Assembly: GCF_002113885.1 (NCBI RefSeq)
Contig: NW_018403789.1
Location: forward strand, 983,570-1,047,569
Direction: 5' to 3'
Length of the DNA stretch: 64,000 nucleotides
Source of the DNA: Mizuhopecten yessoensis
Lineage: Eukaryota
Under the pieces are notes generated by a model. That model worked only from the letters and a program-made list of their open reading frames with translations. It did not search any database and had not been told where the DNA came from. The stretch's first letter is position 1. Each line of letters opens with the position of its first letter. Below, in pieces: positions 63,393-64,000 of the stretch. Both the position numbers and the translations under genes were made by a program.

Positions 63393-63563
63393 CATTAATT
63401 TCAGAGATGACATGTATATTATTATTATTATTATTTTACATTTTATTTCCATACGTACACACATCTGTTCATACATGTACAAGTTGGATTGCATGAACTC
63501 TACACGAAAGATACATTTACCGTGCATATTAGAATTTTATTTTGTAAGTTAAAAAAAACTTAC

Positions 63564-63687
63564 CAAATCCTTTCTTCTTTTGGCAATAAGGCTTTCAGCA
63601 AATTCGTGAACGAAACATGCAAGTCGAACAAATTCCTTTCCCGCATGCGTCAGACGGAAAACCCAGTACCACTGAAGCCAAGGTTTT
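63564..63687 (-). CDS. CYP4: CYP4 exon (F-G region): KPWLQWYWVFRLTHAGKEFVRLACFVHEFAESLIAKRRKDL; the gene continues beyond the window
   Basis: CGTAG acceptor and GTAAGT donor; phases 2/0. Resembles the CYP4 pattern F.LT..G..F......VH.F...I..RR. Confidence 0.93.
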
Positions 63688-64000
63688 CTACGAATATGGC
63701 GCAATACATATTTACAAGTCTGACAAGGTATATTATGTACTAGATAACATAAAAGGGCAGAACAAAATACACGGTATTTGCTGATTGGCACGGGAATTAG
63801 GCAAAACCCAATATATTACGTTTCAGAAGAGGGTGGGCATACAAGCTTTCTTTAATGACAGTGCCCTAATATTTGTAGAACATAGGCATATTTACAAAAG
63901 TATTTTACTTTAAGGAGACGAAACTATTGGAGGACCTATGTATTGGCAGTTTGATGTTGTTATTTGTACATCTCTTGTGAAAGCAGAAATTGATGAAGTA

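Overview
AT-rich, repeat-dense eukaryotic genomic DNA, probably a bivalve mollusc (inferred from the SINE and Helentron-type repeats). It holds two spliced genes in tail-to-tail orientation, both largely missed by the ORF track because their exons are short. (1) Plus strand, 3383-46456: eight phase-compatible GT-AG exons (930 nt, 309 aa) encode the integrin beta 'leg' (I-EGF1 to I-EGF4 plus beta-tail). Where the transmembrane helix and NPxY tail should be, the protein has an acidic linker and a typical GPI-anchor signal. Cysteines were lost in whole disulfide pairs, an RGD sits in an I-EGF2 loop, and a candidate signal-peptide microexon (671-690) splices in frame directly onto I-EGF1. Together these suggest a headless, GPI-anchored integrin-beta derivative, which is the best candidate for an undescribed system here. 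(2) Minus strand, 63687-48683: the last seven exons (274 aa) of an intact CYP4-family cytochrome P450. One of its introns holds a ~6.6 kb satellite of ~105 copies of that exon's own 3' end plus 5' splice site, in seven blocks of alternating orientation. The introns also carry several satellites, L2 LINE fragments, tRNA-derived SINEs, MITEs, a Helentron-type element, hammerhead-ribozyme-like motifs, an interstitial telomeric insertion and a 770-nt assembly gap. All calls come from manual reading and translation; no database searches were run.
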